Shown one piece after another: positions 9,275-19,186 of a DNA stretch of 64,000 nucleotides (position 1 is its first letter; every line of letters starts with the position of its first letter). A program made the translations under genes and the position numbers. The stretch comes from a virus (Duplodnaviria; Caudoviricetes). The notes below the pieces were generated by a model that worked only from the letters and a program-made list of their open reading frames with translations, was not told the origin of the DNA and did not search any database. The stretch lies in IMG/VR virus record IMGVR_UViG_3300021431_000093, positions 1 to 64,000 of that record, one strand, 5' to 3'.

Positions 9275-10386
9275 TACTGTGACACCTTAAGTTCTGGAAT
9301 AATATCAGTTACAGTTGGTTGTACACAACAAAATGCTTTACCATCACCGAAACACAATGTAACATAATCCTCTTCACATCCATTAATAATTAATGACAAG
9401 TTATCAGTATTTAATAATGCTGTGTAAGTTTCTTCAAGAGTCGGTACTTCATTTGAATATGTAACTACTTCCTTATTATCGGATGACCAGTCACTAATTG
9501 TAACACTGTCCTTTGTAAATTCAAATTTACCATAATTCTTTGTACCATCATTGAATAACATTAATCTTCCAAGAGCCTGTAATAATGCTGTCTTATTAAT
9601 TACAGCTGAATGAACATAATCTTTTGTTGCCATTCCTCTAATTGCAGTTACTGGTACACTTGATACTAAACTTGAATCCGATAATTTTGCTGTTAATACA
9701 ACTTTATCAGTACTGAATCTTACCTTCGTCTGAATTAAATCTTCAGTAACAGGATCTTGTCCAATTTCAAATTTAACTGAATCATCATCCTTAAATAATT
9801 TAAGAAGTTTAACTACCTTATCACTTAATAAGATTTTAACAGGTTTTTCAAGTGTAAAACTATTAACACATGCTCCAGATGTAAATGTAATTGCTCCATT
9901 CTCATCAATATAATAATACTTCTGAACAGGTTTAGCTGCAATACCCCTTAATAATTCTTTTGAATTATATGTGAGAATTGACTGTAAGATTGAACTTGCA
10001 ATTGACATATCATTTGTTACATTATTAATATCAATTGTAGGTAATGACATTAATTCACCATTGTTATAAATCATTGGTAACTTATAATCGCCATTACCTT
10101 TAATCTTAATAAAATTCTGTTCAGCTGTAATTTCAATTGTTTCAGATGTAATCTTACTGATCAGTGACAAGAATAATTTTGCATCAACTGCAGCTTTTAA
10201 ATTTACTTCTTCATCTAAATTAAATTTCACTGTAACATAATACTCTTTATTTGTTACATTAAGATTTAACACTGTACCATTAGCTGATAATTCCAATGTC
10301 TCTGTAAGTAATGAAGCATTTTTATTATCAATTGCTGCAAGAATATAACTACAAGAATCAATAAATTCCTTAGAGTGTAAAATCAA
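9274..10386 (-). CDS. dnaN: DNA polymerase sliding clamp (beta-subunit-like)
   Basis: 370 aa; size and alternating alpha/beta pattern fit the beta clamp; TTG start with GGAGG SD; located in the replication module. Confidence 0.75.
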   Translation of the reverse strand: MILHSKEFIDSCSYILAAIDNKNASLLTETLELSANGTVLNLNVTNKEYYVTVKFNLDEEVNLKAAVDAKLFLSLISKITSETIEITAEQNFIKIKGNGDYKLPMIYNNGELMSLPTIDINNVTNDMSIASSILQSILTYNSKELLRGIAAKPVQKYYYIDENGAITFTSGACVNSFTLEKPVKILLSDKVVKLLKLFKDDDSVKFEIGQDPVTEDLIQTKVRFSTDKVVLTAKLSDSSLVSSVPVTAIRGMATKDYVHSAVINKTALLQALGRLMLFNDGTKNYGKFEFTKDSVTISDWSSDNKEVVTYSNEVPTLEETYTALLNTDNLSLIINGCEEDYVTLCFGDGKAFCCVQPTVTDIIPELKVSQ

Positions 10387-10400
10387 TTTCTAACTACCTC

Positions 10401-11255
10401 CTAACTCCATAAATCTGTCTCAGCTATACCTATCGTTTCTATCTGTCTATATTTTTCATCAATTATTTTAGGTGTGAAATTCTTATATGGTATATGAGTA
10501 TCTTTAACACTCTTACCAATATCTATACCACCACTCATAATTGATTTTTGTTGAATATATTCACTAAGTGACATACCTTTATAACTATCACCTGTTACTG
10601 CTGGTTCCCTACAATTAACCTGTAATCCAAATGGACAAATACTTAATTTACCTCTCATATTATTATTTAAGATAATTGTCATATCTTCCATCATAGATGC
10701 TTTATAAGGTTCCATTTTCTTATCAATATCGTACACTATCATATTACCAAATCTTTGAGAATAATTAAGTGTTGACTCTTCATTAACTCCAATATAATAT
10801 GCTGAATTTGGTGGACCAGTTAAGTATATATCATTACTTGAATTAAGTAAACTAATATACATATCCATCATATCATCTATATTGAATTTTTTAATAGCTG
10901 ATATTTTATGTTCTTTATTTAAATATCTTAAACTGAATGACATAATATCATCAAATAAATATCCTATGTACTTTACTCCTAATTGTCTAGCAAAATCTTC
11001 AACTGCCAATCTTGAATACGTACATATTTTATGTGTCTTATTATAAACACCTATTGCATCTACTTGATCATAATAATCACTTCTTTCAAATGTTAAAAGA
11101 TTTTCATATTGTTTATACTCTTCAAACTTTGGATCATCTGTACTTACAACAATATAAATTGGATATTTTGCATTACACTTTTCCAATGATTTTAGTGTTG
11201 GTATAAATTCTGGTTTACCATAACTTGCTATAAAATAAGCGAAATTATTTTTCAT
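10401..11255 (-). CDS. GT-A fold glycosyltransferase, GREB1/TAGT-like, copy 2
   Basis: FIASYGK...IYIVV...DD...YLFDDI...MEDM; paralog of 11619-12470. Confidence 0.7.
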   Translation of the reverse strand: MKNNFAYFIASYGKPEFIPTLKSLEKCNAKYPIYIVVSTDDPKFEEYKQYENLLTFERSDYYDQVDAIGVYNKTHKICTYSRLAVEDFARQLGVKYIGYLFDDIMSFSLRYLNKEHKISAIKKFNIDDMMDMYISLLNSSNDIYLTGPPNSAYYIGVNEESTLNYSQRFGNMIVYDIDKKMEPYKASMMEDMTIILNNNMRGKLSICPFGLQVNCREPAVTGDSYKGMSLSEYIQQKSIMSGGIDIGKSVKDTHIPYKNFTPKIIDEKYRQIETIGIAETDLWS

Positions 11256-11583
11256 TTACTAAACCTTCAATCAACTTTTGATAATCTTCAAAATATTTAA
11301 AATAACCCTTTTCAATTGCTCTATCAGTATCAACAATTACAAGTTTTAAATCTTCTAAATAATTTTTGATATTCCTAGGAGCATCTGAATAATAATCAGC
11401 TATTTTATTAAAATTAAATTCAATTTGCCTTGTCGCTAATAACTTTAACAATTGTTTCTGTCTTGAATTAAGTGAAGTATCACAGTCAATTTTTTCTTCC
11501 CATTTAGTATACTCACTTAAATCCATAGTGTCTTCAATTGTTGCAGATGACTCATTTGGAGTATAATATACATTATTTTCCAT
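11245..11583 (-). CDS. small glycosyltransferase-associated protein, copy 2
   Basis: LKLLATRQIEFNFNKIADYY...LVIVDTDRAIEKGY; paralog of 12460-12885. Confidence 0.8.
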   Translation of the reverse strand: MENNVYYTPNESSATIEDTMDLSEYTKWEEKIDCDTSLNSRQKQLLKLLATRQIEFNFNKIADYYSDAPRNIKNYLEDLKLVIVDTDRAIEKGYFKYFEDYQKLIEGLVNEK

Positions 11584-11589
11584 AATTAA

Positions 11590-11621
11590 ATTATATCAAA
11601 TTAAAAGTAATTAGTAAACTA
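11590..11621 (-). promoter_or_regulatory. early promoter, probably giving a leaderless transcript
   Basis: TAG-TTTACT-N17-TATAAT-N6-ATG with no SD. Confidence 0.7.
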
Positions 11622-12470
11622 CTTTTTAAACCTATCACTAATTATTTTAGGACAACAGTATTCCCATTGAATCATATGATGTATTCTTGTATTGGAAGTT
11701 ACCATTGCCATAATCTTTGAACAGTTTGGATTAGTTATAACAGTGTAGAATGATTTAACATAAGTACCTAATTCAAGATATACATCTGTTAATCCACTTG
11801 CATTTGCCTGTGTTGTAACCTGATTCAATACGACGTCTGATGTAGTAAGAATTAAATAACCTCTTTGTCCATATGTACAATACATATTAACGTCTTCATT
11901 AATTCTTCCCATAAAATAGAATGGCCTATCTGTTCTACAAAAGAATGCATTCATTGCCTTTCTTTTATATTTATGTCTCCAAATATAAGCTCCAATTCCG
12001 CCTATAAAATCTCCACCTTGAGCCCATGCAATTGTAAGTGCTCCTGAAGTATCAAGGAAATCAAGATATGCTTCAATTACATCATCAATGTGTTTAATCT
12101 TATGAGCTCTTAATTTATCTCCATCCTCATATCTTGTTCTAAACTCTACATAGTCATCATCAAGTTCCAAGAAATGTGTTAAACCTAATTCAGATGCAAT
12201 CCTAAAACACTCATTTCTCGCATGTAATACTATCTGTTTACTTTTAACAATATCACATGTATCATTCTTTTTTGCTGCTTCAGCTTTATCAAAAATAATA
12301 ATGTGATCCTCACCAAACTTCTCAATGTAATGAGGTACTGTTGGATCTTCATTATCTACTACAATATACCAATCACCTGTATAACCACACTCATGTAATG
12401 TATCAAGTGTGTACATATGATCAGCTCTACCATGTGATAATATTAATACAGCAAACTTCCTATTCTCCAT
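11619..12470 (-). CDS. GT-A fold glycosyltransferase, GREB1/TAGT-like, copy 1
   Basis: ILSHGRA...YIVVDNED...ARN...ELDDDY...GRINEDVN...YVKSFY...RIHH; likely start is ATG 12470. Confidence 0.8.
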   Translation of the reverse strand: MENRKFAVLILSHGRADHMYTLDTLHECGYTGDWYIVVDNEDPTVPHYIEKFGEDHIIIFDKAEAAKKNDTCDIVKSKQIVLHARNECFRIASELGLTHFLELDDDYVEFRTRYEDGDKLRAHKIKHIDDVIEAYLDFLDTSGALTIAWAQGGDFIGGIGAYIWRHKYKRKAMNAFFCRTDRPFYFMGRINEDVNMYCTYGQRGYLILTTSDVVLNQVTTQANASGLTDVYLELGTYVKSFYTVITNPNCSKIMAMVTSNTRIHHMIQWEYCCPKIISDRFKK

Positions 12471-12885
12471 CACTATCTCCATCTGAATCCCATGACATAA
12501 TATTATTAATCTTTTCACTCATCTGAACATATCCATTTGCAATTGCATCATTAAAATCAATAATAACAAGTGCAGAACGTTCCATTAATTTCTGTAATTC
12601 CTTATTACCATGAGCATAATAATCTGCAATCTTTGAATATGTAAATTTAATATGTCTTGTAGCTGCTAACTTAAGGAAATATTTTTCTTCAGGAGATACA
12701 TTTGATTTATTAATCTCTTCAACTAATTCATCATATTTAGTTGTATCTACACATTCAGTAAGTGAAGGACATACCTCACTAGGAATATACTGAGGAATTT
12801 GAAGTTTCGTAGTATAGATCGTTTTCCTTAATTGTTCTTCTTCTTTTGTTTCTTCTTCTGTACCAAATAAATTTACTTCCTGCAT
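12460..12885 (-). CDS. small glycosyltransferase-associated protein, copy 1
   Basis: FLKLAATRHIKFTYSKIADYYAH...LMERSALVIIDFNDAIANGY. Confidence 0.8.
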   Translation of the reverse strand: MQEVNLFGTEEETKEEEQLRKTIYTTKLQIPQYIPSEVCPSLTECVDTTKYDELVEEINKSNVSPEEKYFLKLAATRHIKFTYSKIADYYAHGNKELQKLMERSALVIIDFNDAIANGYVQMSEKINNIMSWDSDGDSDGE

Positions 12886-12894
12886 ACCTGTCTC

Positions 12895-15381
12895 CTAAAT
12901 ATCTTCATGCGTATTTATTTCAAAAGTTCCATTGCACATCTGTTCAATATACTTCTCTTTAATCATTGGGAACTTCTTTTTTATTATATCAATATTCCCT
13001 GATTTTGTAAACTCTTTCTTGACTTCAGCTGAACTTTCATCAAGATACCATCTTTTAACATTATAACCATCACATTTCCATGGTACAGCTGAACACTTTG
13101 TTCTTGCTGCTTCTACCATTACTTCTGATAATCTCTTTGCTGCTCTTTCAGAATTTTCAGTGGGAGCCTCACCAAACATTTCATCATGCACCGTCGCGAG
13201 TAAATGGAACCCTAACTTATTTAATTCAGGATCATTATCTACCATAATCATTGCTAACTTTGTCATTGATGCTGCTGTACCTTGAATCCTTGCATTTAAA
13301 CATTGTCTTAATGACCTTGTAATAAATCCCTTATTATTTTTTACATTAAATCCTTCTTTAAATGCTTGCTGTGTTATATTATCTACTTCCTTTTTCCACT
13401 TTGCTTTTGACAACTTATCTTGATATTGTTTAATCTTCATTTGAGTTGCCTTATCCTCATGTGGAAGTGCACCTAATAATGGATTAAATTCATAATTATT
13501 CTTATACTTTTCATTAGGTTTTACTTCATACTCTGGAAGTTGTGCATCTGGAATATGTCTTCTTCTTCCCCACATATCAGTTACATAACCTTTTTCTCTT
13601 AACATCTTTTGAGAATCTTTTGTTAATTGATCAACTCCTTTAAATCCTTTATAAAAGTTATCAATAATTTCTTGAGCTTCTTCCAAAGACATTTCAAGTT
13701 TTTCTGCTAATGACTGTGCTCCCATTCCATATGTAATACCTAAAAGAATAACTTTTGCTTTACTTCTTCTTACTTTACCTTCAGGTTGTAATACATGTGT
13801 TACTGGATTAAATTCCAAATTATCTTCATAATTATTTTTAAAACATATACTACCAATTCGAGCATATAAATCTTCACCTCTTTCATATGCTCCAATCATA
13901 TCCTTATCATTACCTAATGCTGCTGTACTTCTCGGTTCCTGTGCTGAATAGTCACATCCAACTATTGAATATCCATCTCTCGCTTTAAATATCATTCTAA
14001 TGAACTTGTCATGAGATGGAATCTGCTGTAAATTTGGATCAGTACTACTAAATCTACCAGTTACTGTTCCGCATGGATTAAATCTTGCATGTAATGAATT
14101 ATCACTTTTTGCAAATGTTGGAATCTTATCAATAAATGAATTAATCAGAATATCTACTTCTCGCTTTTCTAACAATAATTCACAGATTTTAACATGCTTT
14201 TCATTTGCTAATATCTCTAATGCAGCTGCATCAGTTGTTCTTGGTTTTTTCTTATCTACTACAGGAACTTGTAATATATCATACAGGAGAATTGCCATCT
14301 GTGTTGGACTACCTAATTCAATAGGATCAGATAATTGTTCAACTTTAGATTTACCATAGCCATCACCTTTTTTATTAGGTTGTTTCATATTTGCATCTGG
14401 ACTTAATTTCCATTCATCTATATATGGTTGTAATCTATCAAGCTCTTCATTAATTCTACCTTGAATCTCATCCGCCTTCTTATGATATTCAATTGACATT
14501 TTTTGAGCATAATCTTTATCTATTTCAATACCTCTCAACTCCATCTTAACTACAACTGGAATAATTGGTATTTCAATATCCATTAATAACTTATAAATTT
14601 CCTCATTTTCAGGTTTCTCAAATTCTTTTAACTGATATTCATATAATTTATAAGTTTTATATGGATCAAGTGCTGCATAATATGCAAATAATTCAGGTTT
14701 AAAAATACCGTAAGGTAATCCTTTAAATAAATGTTCAATATCATATTTTTCTTCTTCTGGATCAATATGTAATTTATACTGTGCTTTTAAACCTGCTTGT
14801 TCATTTTCATCTAATAACTTTGAACCAGGAATTGTATCCCAATAAACTGGTAACATAACTTTACAAGTTGAATATAATACTTCAATATCGAATGATGCAT
14901 TTGTATATACAATCTTAATATTATTATCAACCAACCTCTGTAATTGCTCACCAATTTCCATTTCATTCAATTGATTTGATAATAATTGTTCTGTATCTTT
15001 ATTAATATGATTTACTGGAATATATGCATACTTTTCACCTGGAGTATATAAACATAATCCCATTAATTTACAATCAATCGTATCTAATGTATTATTTGTT
15101 TCTGTATCTATTGCAATAATTCCATTTTCAATTGCCTTATTAATATAATCAATAAAAGTTACACTATCTCTAATTGTAACAATATCGTCTTTATATTTAC
15201 CTAAAATTCTATAAACATCCTGCTCAATAAGTTCCATTTTTTCTTCAATTGAAACACTCTTTGATTTCAATTTCTTTTCCAATGAAACTTCTTTGACTAC
15301 TTTTTTATTTTTTGTCTTATTTAAAATCTTTTGGAGGTCTTCTTCTTTTACATTGAATTCCTCTCCCCAAAGTGAATCCAT
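12895..15381 (-). CDS. polA: family A DNA polymerase with 3'-5' exonuclease
   Basis: IAIDTET exonuclease motif; TGRFSS.DPNLQQIP; DYSAQEPR (motif A); R..AK...LG..YG (motif B); VHDE (motif C). Confidence 0.95.
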   Translation of the reverse strand: MDSLWGEEFNVKEEDLQKILNKTKNKKVVKEVSLEKKLKSKSVSIEEKMELIEQDVYRILGKYKDDIVTIRDSVTFIDYINKAIENGIIAIDTETNNTLDTIDCKLMGLCLYTPGEKYAYIPVNHINKDTEQLLSNQLNEMEIGEQLQRLVDNNIKIVYTNASFDIEVLYSTCKVMLPVYWDTIPGSKLLDENEQAGLKAQYKLHIDPEEEKYDIEHLFKGLPYGIFKPELFAYYAALDPYKTYKLYEYQLKEFEKPENEEIYKLLMDIEIPIIPVVVKMELRGIEIDKDYAQKMSIEYHKKADEIQGRINEELDRLQPYIDEWKLSPDANMKQPNKKGDGYGKSKVEQLSDPIELGSPTQMAILLYDILQVPVVDKKKPRTTDAAALEILANEKHVKICELLLEKREVDILINSFIDKIPTFAKSDNSLHARFNPCGTVTGRFSSTDPNLQQIPSHDKFIRMIFKARDGYSIVGCDYSAQEPRSTAALGNDKDMIGAYERGEDLYARIGSICFKNNYEDNLEFNPVTHVLQPEGKVRRSKAKVILLGITYGMGAQSLAEKLEMSLEEAQEIIDNFYKGFKGVDQLTKDSQKMLREKGYVTDMWGRRRHIPDAQLPEYEVKPNEKYKNNYEFNPLLGALPHEDKATQMKIKQYQDKLSKAKWKKEVDNITQQAFKEGFNVKNNKGFITRSLRQCLNARIQGTAASMTKLAMIMVDNDPELNKLGFHLLATVHDEMFGEAPTENSERAAKRLSEVMVEAARTKCSAVPWKCDGYNVKRWYLDESSAEVKKEFTKSGNIDIIKKKFPMIKEKYIEQMCNGTFEINTHEDI

Positions 15382-15405
15382 ACAATAATCTCCTTATACA
15401 AATAC

Positions 15406-15437
15406 ATTATAACATACTGAAAATATATTGTAAACTA
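15406..15437 (-). promoter_or_regulatory. early promoter for the polymerase operon
   Basis: TAG-TTTACA-N17-TATAAT. Confidence 0.8.
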
Positions 15438-15462
15438 AAAAGGGATATTTCTATCCCTTTTT
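15437..15462 (-). terminator. terminator after the SSB gene
   Basis: AAAAAGGGATA-tttc-TATCCCTTTTT. Confidence 0.75.
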
Positions 15463-16246
15463 AATATTTAACAGGAGTTCTTGTTGCTCCACTTTGAGCT
15501 GTATATGTTGGTCTATCTACTCCCATTTTTGGAGGTGTATACTCTGTCTGAGGTGTAAATGTTGATCTTGTATTAGGTGCAGCTGCTGCAGTTTCACTTA
15601 CTCCTGAAGTTGGAGGTACTTCAAGTCCCATTTCAACTGCCATCGCATGCAATTCTAACTCATTCCTGTCAATAATTGCTGTACCTAACGGTGAATAATT
15701 TTCAAATGCTGAAAAATCTTTTGGATACAACTGTTCATTATAAATTGAAGGATTACCAAACATAATTGAATATGTTGTCTGCATATCTCCTCTTGCTCCA
15801 GACCTCTTTACCTTAAATACATTATCACATAACGGACCATATTCCGTAAATAAGTTTGTAAGAATCTGCATGTAACTTGTCGGTCTTTCCCAAATTCTTG
15901 CTTGAGGTACAATATTTCCGTTCTCATCTCTAGTATATTCAATTAATCTAATATAAAACCTTTGCTGTAACTGAACACCTGCTGCACATAATGGACAAGA
16001 ATGAACACCTAAACGTAAATCATTAATACAATTTACTTTCCTAAACTTACCATCAATTGTTACAGGATGTACAGTATATACTTCAAATTCTGAAGGATCT
16101 GAATAACAAAATCTAACTATAGCTTCATCACCATCATCTCTCAAACTGAAATAACCGACCCTAGGACCTTGAGATTGTCTTGCTTCCTGTCTCTGTTCTT
16201 TTTCAGCCTGCATCTTTAAAAATTCATCTCTACTGATAAATCCCAT
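15461..16246 (-). CDS. single-stranded DNA-binding protein (gp32-like)
   Basis: YFSLRDDGDEAIVRF...H...VNC...CPLC...KVKRSG...TTY. Confidence 0.8.
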   Translation of the reverse strand: MGFISRDEFLKMQAEKEQRQEARQSQGPRVGYFSLRDDGDEAIVRFCYSDPSEFEVYTVHPVTIDGKFRKVNCINDLRLGVHSCPLCAAGVQLQQRFYIRLIEYTRDENGNIVPQARIWERPTSYMQILTNLFTEYGPLCDNVFKVKRSGARGDMQTTYSIMFGNPSIYNEQLYPKDFSAFENYSPLGTAIIDRNELELHAMAVEMGLEVPPTSGVSETAAAAPNTRSTFTPQTEYTPPKMGVDRPTYTAQSGATRTPVKY

Positions 16247-16276
16247 TTAAATAACATCTCCTTTACTATGTAATTA

Positions 16277-17230
16277 TTATATAATTCTTTCTCTATTTTG
16301 TAAACTAATTTCGAATTGTTCTCTTGATAAATCATTTAAATCTTTACCTTCAGGAAAATTAATCTTATCAATATATACACCTTTTCTTACTAAATTTAAG
16401 AACCTTTCAGTTCCTTTTCTTCCTGCATCATCAGGATCATACGCTAATATCCAATTTATCACTGATGTATTATTTAATTCATTCATCTGCTCTTTTGTTG
16501 TACCTGCTCCTAAAAGTGCTATTGCAGGATAACCATATGACCAAGCTGTAAGACAATTAATCTGACTTTCACATACAATAACTGATTTACAATTTCTCTT
16601 TAATACTTCACTTAATCCAAATATATCACCTTTACTTGCTAAACTATCAATGATGAATCTTTTACCTACAATACTCCTCCTAGTGAGATATTTTAATCTA
16701 CCATATCTGTCACGCACTGGGAATACTATACATTGTGTATCTGGATCATACTTTATTTTAAACATCTTTATAACTTCATCAGTTAATTTTCTTTGAGTCA
16801 TATATGGATGATATGATTCAAATTTATCTAAAACTGACTCATCTAAAAATGTTTCTTCCTTTTTCTTCTCTATTTTAGGTAATATTAAATCTCGTTTAAT
16901 GTAATCACTTGCATAATTTGATAATAACCAATTTTCGCCATACTCTTCATTTTTATTAAAACATTCACCTACAAATCTACTAAATGGTCCTTTTGATCCA
17001 CAAGTGAAACAATGATAAAATCCATATGGAATATCTTCATTTTGCAGATTAATATAACAAGATGGATGTTTTTCTTGTCCACCATTATGAACTGGACAAG
17101 TTACTGCTATACCAGAGCCACTAATTTTAAATTGAGATAATTTTCCATTATTACAAACACTTTTTATATCATAAAGTATATCAATAATGTCCTTACTAAT
17201 TACTCTATCTTTAATTATTAATTGTTCCAT
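16277..17230 (-). CDS. dnaG: DNA primase
   Basis: CPVH...CFTC Zn finger; TOPRIM CES and YDPDDAG; GKDLND. Confidence 0.9.
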   Translation of the reverse strand: MEQLIIKDRVISKDIIDILYDIKSVCNNGKLSQFKISGSGIAVTCPVHNGGQEKHPSCYINLQNEDIPYGFYHCFTCGSKGPFSRFVGECFNKNEEYGENWLLSNYASDYIKRDLILPKIEKKKEETFLDESVLDKFESYHPYMTQRKLTDEVIKMFKIKYDPDTQCIVFPVRDRYGRLKYLTRRSIVGKRFIIDSLASKGDIFGLSEVLKRNCKSVIVCESQINCLTAWSYGYPAIALLGAGTTKEQMNELNNTSVINWILAYDPDDAGRKGTERFLNLVRKGVYIDKINFPEGKDLNDLSREQFEISLQNRERII

Positions 17231-18525
17231 TAGAATGGTAATTCATCTCCTGCTATTTCATAATTAAAATTCATAGGTGACCTCGACTGTTCAGTTTCAG
17301 TTGTAGGAATTTCCTCAAGTTCACCATCCTCTTGAATATATTCAAATTTTCCTGTATCCAAATCTATTGAATAATTTAACGTTTTACCTGTACCACCATC
17401 TCTTGCTTTAACTATATGTAATGTCATAATTCCATCTTTTTGTGATACACCAATAATTGTTGTACTATCTTGACCAATTCTATCTGATTGACCAATATGT
17501 TCAGTTCCTGCAAATCCATTATCTTCAACTGATGTTCTATTCTGCTGTGTTACTGTAATAATTGGAATATGTTTTCTTACTTGTAACATTTTAATATCTT
17601 TTGAAATATTTGCTGCTTTTTCAAAAGATGTTCTAGCCCTATTTCTATCAGTTAATAATGTCTGCTGATCAACATATAAAATATCCAAATTATACTTCTC
17701 AACAAAACTTGTTAATGTATCAACTGTAGGATCCTCATTAATCATATCTGGTGTCAATACATAAATTTTACCTTTATGATTATTTTTTAAATTATCTAAA
17801 TAATTTTTATACTGAACACCTACATCAACATTACCCCTAATAATCTTTGTATTTGAGATATGTGACATTAATGTATCCATTCTAAAACTAACTTTATTTA
17901 ACTCAATTTCACCTGAATATAATCCTACTGTCAATCCTCTACTTGCTGCAGCTACAATTGATTTTAATAAACACCATGATTTACCTTGACCACTTCTTGC
18001 AATAATTGTTGCATATTCATTCTTTCTATCCCAACCACCAAGAATCTGATCCAACTCTTTAAATCCTGTTGTAACATAATAATTTGTTAAATTTGAACAT
18101 TTATCCAAATATTCATCATATCTCGATGTATCACTTAAAATATCTACTGCATTTAAATGTTTACTTTCCTGTGCCTGATCAGCTGATCTTGATAATAAAT
18201 CCATCGCTTTATCAGTATCACCCTTTAATAACAAATCTCTAATTTTATTGAATGTACTTGCTAAAAAGTTTTCATTCTTCTCTCTATACAATTCATCCAA
18301 TAAATAATCTATTGACTCATTAACTTGTAATACTTCAAAATCAGGAAATGATTTTAAGAATGTTGCTAAATCTGGTACTTGATTATAATTTTTGTAATGT
18401 AAATAAATGAAATTAAATTCATTTCTAAAATTAGGAAAATAATCAGCTGTTAATCCATTATCAAGTATAATACTTAAATTTCCAGTTGATAAAATAATAT
18501 TTAATACTTGCAATTGTGTTAACAT
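17230..18525 (-). CDS. dnaB: DnaB-like replicative helicase
   Basis: TGFKELD; ARSGQGKS Walker A; QQNR; KARDG. Confidence 0.9.
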   Translation of the reverse strand: MLTQLQVLNIILSTGNLSIILDNGLTADYFPNFRNEFNFIYLHYKNYNQVPDLATFLKSFPDFEVLQVNESIDYLLDELYREKNENFLASTFNKIRDLLLKGDTDKAMDLLSRSADQAQESKHLNAVDILSDTSRYDEYLDKCSNLTNYYVTTGFKELDQILGGWDRKNEYATIIARSGQGKSWCLLKSIVAAASRGLTVGLYSGEIELNKVSFRMDTLMSHISNTKIIRGNVDVGVQYKNYLDNLKNNHKGKIYVLTPDMINEDPTVDTLTSFVEKYNLDILYVDQQTLLTDRNRARTSFEKAANISKDIKMLQVRKHIPIITVTQQNRTSVEDNGFAGTEHIGQSDRIGQDSTTIIGVSQKDGIMTLHIVKARDGGTGKTLNYSIDLDTGKFEYIQEDGELEEIPTTETEQSRSPMNFNYEIAGDELPF

Positions 18526-19136
18526 CTATATTCACCTACGTTTCTATTATCTCCATCTTTAATCTCCTTGATGGTTGAATACTTTACAATACGACTATAT
18601 AATCTTTCATCTAAAATATTTCTTAACTGTTTTGGTAATAAATTTGATGTAAAAATACAACTTTTCATATTGTTTGTTCTTTCATCAATCCAATAATATA
18701 AATTACCCATATCAAATTGACTGATATCCTTAACACCTAAATCATCAAATACTACCAACTTCGATGATAAAATCTTTCTTTCCGTATCAATAACCTTACT
18801 ATGTAATTCAAGATCACTTATTGATAATTTCTTCTCATTTAAAAAGTTTGTTACATTAATAAATAATGCTGGACAATTATTTTTAAACTTGATGTTTTGA
18901 ACTTCATCAATATATTCCTTTAAAAATTTAATACTTCATGTCGTCTTCCCATTACCAACATTATTTGAACAAATTAAAAGATTCTCACCTTTATCAACAA
19001 ATTCCCTAATATTTAACTTAATATTATTTAATTCCTTAAATACTTGTTCATCTACTTTTGCAGGTATCAATGAAATCTCATTTAAATACCTCTTTGGTAT
19101 AAGCGAATTATTCAAATAAACTTCTTTTAATGACAT
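18519..19136 (-). CDS. dnaC: DnaC/IstB-like helicase loader (TGA=Trp)
   Basis: Walker A GNGKTT, then one TGA, then in-frame Walker B VVFDDLG, FTSN and RLYSR. Confidence 0.85.
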
Positions 19137-19154
19137 AATTCTCCTTTCATTCTA

Positions 19155-19186
19155 AATATAATCTATTTAAAATGATTTGTAAACTA
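19155..19186 (-). promoter_or_regulatory. early promoter
   Basis: TAG-TTTACA-N17-TATATT. Confidence 0.7.

Noticed and set aside
12895-15381. Intein or intron in polymerase, helicase or terminase
   Set aside because: Lengths are normal, motifs are contiguous, and I saw no splicing or homing-endonuclease signatures.
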